Assembly (NCBI RefSeq): GCF_964204645.1
Contig: NC_134030.1
Coordinates: 12,235,947-12,299,946, forward strand
DNA length: 64,000 nt
Direction of reading: 5' to 3'
Source of the DNA: Tubulanus polymorphus
Taxonomy: Eukaryota; Animalia; Nemertea
A program made the position numbers and the translations under genes. Each line of letters begins with the position of its first letter. Position 1 is the stretch's first letter. The notes below the pieces were generated by a model that ran no database searches, was not told the DNA's origin, and was given only the letters and a program-made list of their open reading frames with translations. Positions 12,501 to 24,500 of the stretch are shown piece after piece.

Positions 12501-15500
12501 ATTTTCTAATACCGATATTGAAAGAATGAATGAATGTTTAATCACCAAACTCCACATGTTTACATATATGACCTGTAAGAACGTTTTTACTGCAAAAAAT
12601 AGCCATTGTGTTTGGTTACCATGGTAACTGATGACCTAATTTATGTGTCCGCTGCATGGAATCTGACATTCATTTGCTGAAAAACCAAGATTACTTAGTT
12701 CTCTGATGTGTCAGAAGGTGCAACTGATAATTTTCTCAAGCCTAATAATGTTTTCTATGAGTATCAATAGTCAGTGCAAACCTTGCACTCGTTTGGTTTG
12801 CCAAACTTCAGGGGGAAATGGGGGTTCCCATCAAGGCGATCAACATTGTTCTCGGGATGAAGTCGAGGTCTACCAGCAGCACGATTTTGATTTGCTTTTA
12901 CAAGCGCATTTACAAGAGACAAGCGAAACTGTTCTGTTGTCATGACATCTCTCTCTTGTCTTTCAGCCTTATCTGTTTTATACAAGATGTATGAACTGAC
13001 AATAGTGACCTCCAATTCATGGAAGAATATCTTCCGCCACCACTTATCATCCTTTCGAAAAGCCACAAGATCTCCAACTTTCATGCCTTTACTGGTTTTC
13101 AAAATTTTTGGCAGGCCTTTCCTATTAGGCATTATTGTTCCAGTCAAATTATAACCCAGCTCAATCAGTCTCTCAGCTAAATCGACAGACCAAAAGTAAC
13201 GATCAGCAAATTGCCAGTGTCCACAGTGAGCTAGCGGTGTTACCAAGTCAAGTACATGTTGACCAGATTTACCGTATTCACCTGGATCCGGACCACCATT
13301 TTCGTCCTTCCCTACATACAAGTTTTGCTGCGACATATAAGATGAGTTGCTATCAGCTAATGTGAAGAGCTTGAGTCCCCACTTTATAGGTTTTTTAGGG
13401 CAATACTGGCGGAATGACACACGGCCTTCGAATTTTACCATTGTCTCGTCAACAGCAATGGCCTCGCCCATTTCGTAAAGGGCTTGACTTTGAGCATTTA
13501 TATGGTCGATCACCCACTTTATCTTGTACGATTTGGAAGGAATGTTTTGCCCATGTGGCAGCAGTTCAGCAACATGAAAGTTCCAGAACAGTAAATAGAA
13601 CTCATCACGGCTCATAGATGAGTGGAAGAATGGTATGTTTATTCGGAAGTTACTTGAAAATAATCTGACAAACGTGGAAGTCTGATGAGACCCATATTTA
13701 TACACATACCCATCAGCGTTCTAATGTCGTCCTTTGTTGGGGTTTTCCACTTTTTCAATCTTGAATTCAGTTTCAAGTTCATTCTCGCAATTTTATCATG
13801 AGTCACAGTATCAGTGTTCTGAGCAATGCAATTGATAATAGCATCTGACCAGAATAGGTTGAAAAAGTCGATTGGCTCACTTCGCAGCATAGCCGGTAAC
13901 TGGAAAAGATAAAACTTTATGTGGTCAACGGCCTGAATAAACAAATCAGAAATGAAATTATATAAATCCTTCATTTTCCATAAAAATCTAGGGAATTTTT
14001 ATGCAAAATGAAATGAATTTATTCACGTGTGCGATCTCCCGAAATTTGTCAGAAAATTTTTTTTTGAAAATAACCCACCCTGTAAACACCATATAAATCT
14101 AAGTTTTACTTTATAATTGCTCACCTTTGTACCTGGGTGTCCGACAAATGGTTCCTGTTGTGGATATGTCGGATCATCTTCGCTTGAGACACACAACCAG
14201 TCACCATCATCAAATTTTGAGTCATTATTAGGGGGTGGGGGAAGATTTCGGCCCCCTATGCCATCATCTGACTGGCCATCATTTGAGTTGTCCGGTTCAG
14301 AATCATCCGACTGTCCCTCTGATTCATCTTGCACCGTACTCCCGTCTTGAGTCTTGAAAATATTCCGAATCGCTGTTATCTGACACGGCATTGTCACTAT
14401 CGTCACTATCCAAAATTTGATCAATCACGTCAGCCACTTCGATTCGAGAAGGCCTGCACGCCGCCATGTTGCGTGTTATAGTATACTACGATAGTTGTAA
14501 TGAAAGCTATGACAGTGCAGATCGATAATCTAATAATAGTTCTTATTTCTGACACAAGGTGTAGTACTATCTAGTGCTGAACTTGCGGTCCCGATTTCCC
14601 AATATCCGTCGGAGCCAGCACCTATTCTAAAAATGGATCCCCCGACATTTTTCGGATTCAGCGCACTAAGGGTTAACATACTATCAATTATCAAAAATAT
14701 ATCAATAAAATAAATGCATATATAAATGGACAGAGACATTATTCTCAGGGCTTTTTTTTACCGTACCATATTACCTAGTTATCGTCAGAGTTTTCATTCT
14801 CTTCAGGTTGATTTTGGGCAGCTTTTGCCTGGCGACGCCTTTCTCGCCCACTGTTTCTATCTTTCGCGTGACAGAAATATTCCTTAATGACTTATTCAAT
14901 CATGTCATTAGAGGCACGACAAGTTGAGGGGTTTAATCTCACAGCCTCTGATAAGGCACATTCAGTGAAAGAGGAGAGTTTAGTCTTACTACTAAGTAAA
15001 AAGCAGTTTGGTCGCTGATTGGTCCATTTAACGGGAATTCCAACAGAAGCCTTATGTCATTTATTACAAGCCCTGTGATTGGTACAGCCGGATTAGCTAG
15101 TAACGACTCTAATGACTCATGAGGTCAAGGGGTTCGGGGAACAACTTTAGCTAAGTGGGTTTGAATCCCTTGATGGATGGAGATGAGGAAACTTATATCA
15201 ACTGATTATCAAACTTATTGTGCACATGTACTTACCACATATTGCTGGGAAAAGGTTCAGCCTCCGAATTGTTGTTTCCCAAATGCTCCCGTCCAATTGT
15301 ATTTCAGGGAGACAGCGTGTGTCATGACGTTTTCCATTATCCGGCATAGTGTTTCTTTAACATCGACACTGCCGTATATGCTTAAATATGAAGCCTGTAA
15401 GACACCAAAAGCGTTTACCTAAAATGATTCTACATTGTTCATGAATCATAAAATTGTTGTAATAATTAAAAATTATTCTGATTGGAATAGTTTGTTTCTA

Positions 15501-18500
15501 ACATTATATTGGTAGTAGAATCTACATGTCACTAGCAAATACATAGCAATAGCATTTATAAACATTGACATCCTTAGCTGTACTCACCAGAGCTGTCCTA
15601 ACTTTTCGGTCAGCCAGTAAAACCTCATTCGAGGCAATATCATCTAGTGATGATGCTGGCAACAAGAAACCATCGGGTAATGAAGAATCTCGCTCCTCGA
15701 CATTCAAATTTCGGAGCACTCTTCGGACAGGTGTTGTGTGTATTTCTGCTCAGCCTTGAGCTCTTCGATCGACGTAACAAGACCTTAATTAACCAAATGT
15801 TATTCATGCATTAGAAATTTATAGTAAATTGTGTAATGATAAAATCACACCTCACTAATATAACTCATATTGTGTATCATGAGATATAAAACTCAAACCT
15901 GCAGTTGTTAACTGGATAGCATAGCTATTTTAAAAGAACTATGTTTCACTCTATGTAATGTTATTATTGTTTCATAGAACATTTAATATCACTAGTTTCA
16001 GTTTCCACAAAATATGTAAATAAGGGATGGATGTGATTGTATAATAGTATTCCCTCATCTACCGAACACTTTTGGTTAGCATGTACATTTAAATGTACAT
16101 GTAATCACATCAATATCTAACTGCGCCGTCATTACTGATGGCCGAGGTGGTGGACTTGATATTGGCGTTGACGGTCGAGGTGAATTTGACGTGTGAGACT
16201 TTGGAGCTGGAAAATTTCTCGGGGATGACACTGGTGACCTAAAATGCGGTGGTGATGGAGGCGATGCCAATGTCCTCTTTTGCTTTTGGATTCTTTTTGG
16301 AGGGGGGCTAATGGTATCGTCACTGGCAGCCATGTCTAAGTCTGAATGCACCTGTCTTTGTGATGATTCTGGGACTGGGGAATATCGTTGTGTCGGTCTG
16401 AAAGGAAAAACCTATCAACTTAACAGCTGGCAACATAGCTATCAACACTTATTCGATCTGTATTTCTACATTCATGTTAGGACTATACGCTAAATAATAT
16501 GAATGAAATTGTTTTATTCATTTTCATGACCATCAATTTGATTTACATTTCAACAGCGTAGTACACCAAGCCGCAACAGCTCAGACACCAACAGCCTGTC
16601 TGGTTTATTATAAAAACTTGCTACATACCGTGATTTCCTTTTCGTGGAATCCAGATCTGTTTAATCCAGGTCTCTCTGCTCTAATGCCTTTGCGATTTTT
16701 CGTTTGGCCTTATGTTTCTGAAAAAGAAATTCACTCAAAATTCAAGTTTTATTTGTATATGATAAGTTGTATGGGCTAACTGATCAATAAACAATGGATA
16801 TTAATTTTGTTCAGTGGATTGGATTCGTATGCTATTGAAAGTTTGATATTGATGATTTAAAATTAATTTATACTAATCGAATATTTGGCAGTGAATTGGA
16901 TAAAATATTTGCCGTTCTCGGCGACTGAATTTTGTGAATTATTATCCGAATAACAGATACTGATTGAAAAACACTCACCACATCTCCTAAGTATCTCTAC
17001 TTCAAATGGCTCCCACATAAGCTGTCCAGTTCCCTTCCAACCAGCGAATCCAGATGTTTCGCTCCTCGAATTGGCGGCCAATAACACAACCATCTGGACC
17101 CATCACGAAACTCATTATAGAATTACTGTTCAAATGAAAAACAATATGTTTTGTAAGTAATGAAATTGATACATCAATCTTCCAGAACTAGCTTTGTTGC
17201 AGGAGTCGAATGGCCACATATCTGCCACAATAAGGTAAAAACATGCATTTTCCGGTAACATCTGAATAGTTCAGCACATCTAAATCTCCATTTAATCTCT
17301 TGACGGCATATATTCCGATGTTCGAAGAATCTAAAGGGTATAAGAAGTCATCTCTTGAAATGAATTTTTCCACAATGATATTGATCCATGCATGCCAAAA
17401 TGTTCCTGATGAGACAAATCCTTTTGTCTGACACAATACAGTTATCTTATCTGGTGGATATGTCATAAGTTAAATGGTACCAAATTCAGAACGAAAGGCA
17501 ACTTTCTTATTCTGTTGGACGCCTGTTTCATTAAAACCCCTCGGTACTGGTCCATCATTATGTGGTTTTGAAAGTACCGGGGTAAACTGCTGTTGAGTGA
17601 TAGATCTTCGAACTTGTTGTTCTTCACTAAGATGTCTGATCACTTGTTGAAGTGGATGTGGAGCATTTCGTACCAGACGTTTCAAATGACCAAGGTAGCT
17701 TTCAAAAGGAAAAGCTGAAAATGTGTCCAAACAACCATGTAATTTAACGTCCTTTGCCAAATGAATCAGACAATGAATATTATAAACTACTGCATCGGGA
17801 GCATATAGTTCTGAATAATGTTTCACAAACTTTAACAGTAACTGATGAGCAAAATCACAATGCTGCTGACAGAGTACTGGATCAAATAGAATTCTGATTG
17901 CAGATGACAACAACAAAAAGTTTTTGTAATAAGGGTCAGGAATTACACCCTTCAGAACCACAGGTCCAGTTTAAATCAGAAATTGCCTATACTCCATTGT
18001 CTTCCAGTATGGTACCTCATTAAGTCGACGCGGTTTTCGAGCAAAATCAGTAGGAACACTACTATAAATGTTTTCCAACCTGGAAGATATCTGGTTTAAA
18101 TGCCATGTCCAAGATGTACATCAAGTGGGCCTTTCATCCACAAAAGAAGCAACCGTTTTGCCACACCAAGGCAAATAAGATGCATGTAATCCAAAGGAAT
18201 TCCGGTAACCATTCCAATATGAAGATCTAGTCCCGGAAATGTCATCTTTTAAGTTTTGAGACCTCTTGTTTCAGATTTTTCACATACGTAGTAGCCAGAG
18301 TGTGATTTGATGCCTTTTACAAATGCTCTGGCTGGGGCATCACATATCACTGCTTCCACTACAATAACAACTGGGACCCCTTTCACTGTGAAGCCATTGT
18401 CCTTCAACTCTCTCATCTCAGCAACAAATTTCTTTAAGAATTCCGTGTCAGATGGCTTTGAAAGTCCATAATATATTCCCACTGGGAATGGCTTAACATC

Positions 18501-21500
18501 ACTGGCTGAATTGCAATTCACCTTGAACAGAGTAGGCCAAAACTGTGAACCTTTACTTTTGTATAATGGCAAGCCATCTATATTGATTTGAATCGGACAA
18601 ATCAGTTTAACATACACTCGAGCACAAAATCATGTAAAACATTGGACAGACTGTTTTTGACACCGAAATGATAGTAGAATCCACCAGAATTGAATCAATA
18701 TCATAATGAAGCGCGGTCTGTTTCAATGTCCGTGGGTCTTTCGGCAATTCTTTGTGATAATGGGTCAAAATGGGTGGAAGATCTCTTGCAGCAGTATCAG
18801 TTATTCGATGAATGACACACCACTCTTTCAGGGACTGAACTAGACTAGTTTCTTCCCCGAAGTTATTTGTATCGTCTTCATTATTACTTTGTTCGTCAGG
18901 ATTACTGAGTATATCATCATCAAAGTAATCGTCTAAATCACTTTCCATTTGATCCAAATTGATATTATCCTCATAATCGATAATAATATTCCATTTGATC
19001 AATATGATTGTTTTCCTCAACAGCTATCTGAGCAGGTGCTGTGTTATCGACAAAACTGGTCTCCAAGTCAATTTGATTCATATCTGCATCGGAGCACTCA
19101 ACATCAGTATTCTTTAATAAATCATCAAAACGCTCTGCCACGGCTTTATTTATTCTGCGCCGCTTTGTCCAATAGGAGACCTCTCCAGAAGTTGAATCCT
19201 TTCTATTACTCATTATATAACCTCAGCAACACAACACAACTGCAAAAATGAAAACCTTTATCCTCAATGGAATACATCAACATTTTTGCCTTGGCAAGTC
19301 ACTGGTGAGAAATCAATAAGAAATAAAGCTGCAACACCCTTTAGTACTTGAAGTAGACTACCAGTACCAGCATATATCCACAGAAAATCAGAAATTTATG
19401 CACTTTCAGGCAAAGTTGCAAGACCCAAAATTTTGTTCTTGACCCCAAATGTCCATGGTTCCCACGAAAATCAGTCTAAAAACTGTATATAATGAAAATA
19501 TCTATGTTTTATCAAATAATTTCAGAAGAGTATCCAGATAGTTAGATAATAATAAAAACGCAGCTATCACAATCTTCACGATGAAGCTGTTCTGCAATAT
19601 TTTTTTTGGATGTCAAATTTTTTAATAAAAGGTTTAAAATCTCATTTTGAATATAAAAAATAATTTCTGAGTGGTTTTTCAACTTATTCAAGTATTTCAA
19701 TGATTTTATTGTTTAACCCCTGACAATGTGCCGACAAAATACCGACAGCCGTTAATTCGCCAACATCAGCCTACAAGCTGCCGATGACGGGCCGATTTAA
19801 AATGTTGACTGGGCATTTGCAATCAATACATTAAAGTAAAAACAAGTATATACAAAATTGTTCACCACGTGTCCATTTGCTATATCTGCCCAGTTCAATT
19901 CCTAGATCAGCTAGATACTTATAATTATTAAGTAGTTCCTGTAGTTCATCAGTATTCTGGCCTGAAACATACTTGTCTATACCTACCAGGTCACTAAGCA
20001 TGCTTGTACGTGCGTCCAATTCACCTACAAGAACTAAATTTACATCTTCTTTGTCGGGTATCTCATCTTTCTGGAGGTAAATACACATTTCCTATGTATA
20101 CATTATTATCTGAAACAGATATTTCTTATTGATTTATATCCATTCAATGTGATCATTTACAAAAGGTAGGATTTGTACAAAGATGTTATCAATCATTGAT
20201 TATCTTATTGTAACAGTCCGCCGCCTGCACCCTCTGATCTGTATTGGTAAAACGTACAAAACCTTCAAATTGGCAATACTCTTTTCTCGCTTATTTCATC
20301 TCTTGGAACAAATAATGTCAAAGTTTTTTTAAATCTAGGAAGACCACAAACATTAAACGTTGCAATACCCAATATATTTTTATTTAATCAACAGTGCGTA
20401 TGGTCTGTATCACAAATGATATGTTGCTGAATATACCAAAATGAAGACATTTTTGTAGTCACCATTTTGATTTGAGGCTGTTTCAGGTTTTTCTTTTTTT
20501 GCATCATGGAGACCTTAGGGGTCCTTTTAGTGAATTTGCATAAGACTGGCCGCCCTTTTTCCCTGCCGTTCTGCTTCTTTGGATCAAGCCGATGGACGAC
20601 CGATATGTCTATTTTATTATTGACAACTATTCTGCTGCAATTTTCTTCCAACATCGCTTTTTGGGTCGCTTTTCAATCAAAAATGTGATAAAAACAGTAA
20701 ACTTTGCTTACTTCAGATATGTGGGGACCATAACATTTTTTTCAAAGTCATGCAAATTTTGTGGTAGCCAGATATTTTAGTCATTGGCATAAAATACTTA
20801 TCAGAGACGAGCAGTAATCCGAGGTAAACAGATTGGTTCTAAGGTAAGGTAAGCAGAGTTTACTGTACACATTTCTCGTAGACTTCAAACCATGTTTTGT
20901 TGAATTGAAATCAGACTGTCAATCTGAGGATATTTCCAAACCGTTTCTCCTTAATCCGTGTCCTATGGAGAAAAAACGTACTCAAGAGATAAACATTTTG
21001 CATACTAATGGATTTATTTTTATCATCTCGATCTACACTTTTTCAGTTTCTGTTTAACTGCATGTCTAATATAGTTCTTTTTAGCTGCCTCTCCCTTCTC
21101 CTTTTGACAGTGTCCTGAAAAGATAAGCATTTGAAAAAAAAACTAAGCAAAAGTAAACAATTATTTCTTCATAAGGATCAATACGCTGTTGCTGAGAGGT
21201 TTCTGGGAAGTGAGCTAAAAAAATCAATGTACAGTCAACCTTGGTAAATTCAAACCGAGTTAGTTTGCTTAAAGCACTTATTCCATAAAAATGATCATAG
21301 TTGGTCCCATTTACGTAACATTTTTCCCTAAAAGATTCTGTGTCTTACAGTCAACCCCGCATAAGTCGTAGCCCTCGGGACTGACGATTATCGACGACTT
21401 ACGTGATTCAATTGTCTAAACACGTACACAGACAATTGTAGCATATTTTTTATCTGCTGCTGGCATATGGGGCTACGACTTACGCAAGGTATTTTGAATG

Positions 21501-24500
21501 GAACCAGAAGATTTCGCTTCTAAAATTGATACGACTTGCGTGAACTTATGAAGTACTAGTTAAAAGCATAATTTCAATCAGTCGCTTGCCGGTTCAGACT
21601 GAATGGAAGATTGTTTTGATGAACCGGAACCGAATTTCCAATTATGTACTTCGATTTGAAAATATTCTGTTAACTCGACCGCCAATCACACATCTATATC
21701 TGTACTTCGATTTCCGATTTCAAAATCAAACCTCCTGTTTCGCTCCCGGCAGGTGTGTTGGGTCAGTAAGGGACACTCAATCGAAAAATCTAACAAAATT
21801 TACCAGCCAAATATATAAATAATGGGGACAATCCCTATTTTAAGATCAAAAAGAATAATTTCATAAGGTTTGTAGAAGAACAAAATCGGGACCAAAATAA
21901 TTATACAAGAGATGTGATGATACGACTTATTCGATGACAACCTATTCTTTGTTTACTGTATTTGTTTTTCAAGTTTTGGGCTTACACTACCTGTCTAGGG
22001 TAGGTACACAACAAATATCAACACAATCCATTGAAAATTATTCAAAACTGCCAAAAATACCAAGTTCACGTTCTAAGGGGTGTCTCTTTTTCTAAAGAGG
22101 TGCCATTTTTGAATCACAGATGAAAAATTAAACCTGTGAGTCCAGGTATACATTAGTTCTCGTACAAGAGATATGCACCATGACTAGTGCCCTTTTCATG
22201 GGCTCAACTGTTTCTATCAGCTTGGATTCGCCCCTGCAAACCAACAACAAATGAACACTAGCTGCTTTAAGTTAAATTGCTATACTTACGTATTATAAGG
22301 CTGACTCGTTTTGGGTCCAACTTTTTATCTTCATGGTTCACTTTCATCACATCGCATCCAGTTAATGTTTTATCAAGCAGTTCATTGTCCGTAAAAAGGG
22401 CGGATAACAGCATGCATGCCATATGCCCAACGGTATTTGGTTTTCCAACTATTCGGCGCATGGCAGCAGCTGTCGTTTCATCCAACAGTGAGTAGGCATC
22501 CTAAAATGAGAAGAATTCTCAATGCATATGGTATTCTTTACTAAAGCTATTTCGAGCTTACAAAATCTAATATGTAAATACCTGAAGTAATTTGGATCAT
22601 GCTGTTGTGGTGGTTGATGCTGTTGTTGCTGTTCCTGTTGTGGTTGATGTTGCAGCTGTTGTTGTTCTTGTGGTCGTTGCAGTTGTTGCTGTCGTCGTTC
22701 TTGTGGATGTTGTTGTTCTTCTTGCAGTTGTTGTTGCAGTTGTGGCTGAAGTTGCTGTTGTTGTTGTATTCGTTGTTGCTGCTGTTGTATTAGTTGTTGT
22801 TGTCGATCATTGTCATCATTTTCATTTGCTGAATTAAAAAGCAAAAAACAAGTGTCATGTGTCATTCAATGTCACTGAAAATGCAGATCTAATCCATGGA
22901 GCTGAGATGTACCTTGTTTCCTCCTTGATTTGAATAGGCAAATCTGAAATGTTTTGAAATATCAGGATTCCTGCCTTGTTTTATTTTATACAAAATTTTT
23001 TAAAAAGAAATATTTCATCTCCCTAAGATCAAATCACATATAAAACCATTTAAGAATTTTACAAAATAAACATACCAGTTTGTAACTGCATGTTGAGGGC
23101 AAACAGTTTTTTATTTCGTTCCCTGCAATCCCATTTCGTTTCGGACAGTCAAAGTCAGATTCAGAGGATGAAGGATCAAGGTTCTGTTTCTATAGTGACA
23201 AAGATAATAAACTTTAATGGGTTTTGAAAGTAGAACATGTCATGAGCTATAATTTTCTGATTGATTGCAGGGACAAAATATCCGTACCAATATCTACAAA
23301 CAAACTATATGATTTCATATTCAATCCATACCCCCTGGAAGCAAGGATGAAAAAAAAATGGGTAACCCCTCTTCCACGCTGGTTTACGCCCATTTGAGTG
23401 TGCACGGTAGTGGTCAAGTCAAAGTTCCAACAGCATGCACCGCTTGAAAAAGTTAACAAATCACATGGCATTGACAATGCATCCAATTGGTTGATAAGAA
23501 TCACTCGACTCACATCCTAGTCGATGTGAATGGACACAAGGCTAAATTTTCCGGGGGATTCATGAATTTGATTAAAAATTATCTAGGGGTAAATTCTCAA
23601 CTGGGCTAAGAAATGCTTACTTTGGATAACTTCCTCTTTCCTTGTCGGCTTGTAGTAGGCGTCATAAAATCATTCTTAAGAAAAATCAAAGCAGATAAAA
23701 CTAAGCATTGATATTGAATTACACAAAATTTTATAGCTTCTTTCTTGTTTCGTTAGGTGACAGCCGATGAACCTAATATCTATTTCAACTTGACTTGAGA
23801 GCACATCAGGTGGCCTAGCTCGGTCAGTTTTAGGGGTACATTGATTTTTGTTCAAAACATTGATTTTAAAAAAAACTTCCATTGAAAGGGGTTTATGAGA
23901 GAAAAGAGACTCCATGATTTGAAAGTTAAACAATATGTTTCCATGCCTACCAACTGAGGTTTGGTATATAGGCATGGAACCATCCCGCTGAACTTACAAA
24001 TTATGGAGTCACTTTTCAAACCCTTTCACTGAAGACTTTTTTGATACCATTCAATACATTTTAAAATGGATCGATTGAAAATCAATGTTTTAGGTCAACT
24101 GCCAGTCCGTTCTGACTTTCATCGGGTATGTTACCCCGACAAAAGATGCATAACAACGTGATATAGCCCGTGCAAACTATCAAGCAAAAATATGGCTTCA
24201 TGAAAACCAGCCCCTATATGACCATGAACAAATAACGCGATTTTACTGCAATTGCAACAATGGTTACCATTGTTGCAATTCAATTGTTTGCAAGACGTAG
24301 TAATAAGCGGTCCAATACATGGTCGAAGACTTAAGGCTAGTTTGAGGTCATTTGTAATGTCACAAAAGACCTAACGCCCAAAATACCGGTACCTGACAGA
24401 TGATAAACGCAGATTTAAATTGCTGTTACCATAGAAACCAATAAACAGTTAATCCCGATATTGACCAAGTACATTCGAGTTATTAGTAAGTTTAAAGAAA

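Larger units (their letters stand above)
21025..23190 (-). pseudogene. Spliced coiled-coil/polyQ/BEN-domain gene, probably disrupted and TE-borne
   Basis: Exon 22290-22500 ([22 protein letters not shown]...[11 protein letters not shown]) splices in frame to exon ~21025-21115 (RHCQKEKG...[16 protein letters not shown]), giving a BEN-like pattern. A polyQ exon lies at ~22582-22828 and a coiled-coil-like exon at ~23077-23190. The polyQ/BEN junction is out of frame as read. Confidence 0.6.

Noticed and set aside
22592-22837. Val-rich and Leu-rich membrane-protein-like ORFs on the + strand
   Set aside because: They are antisense readings of the CAA/CAG repeat.
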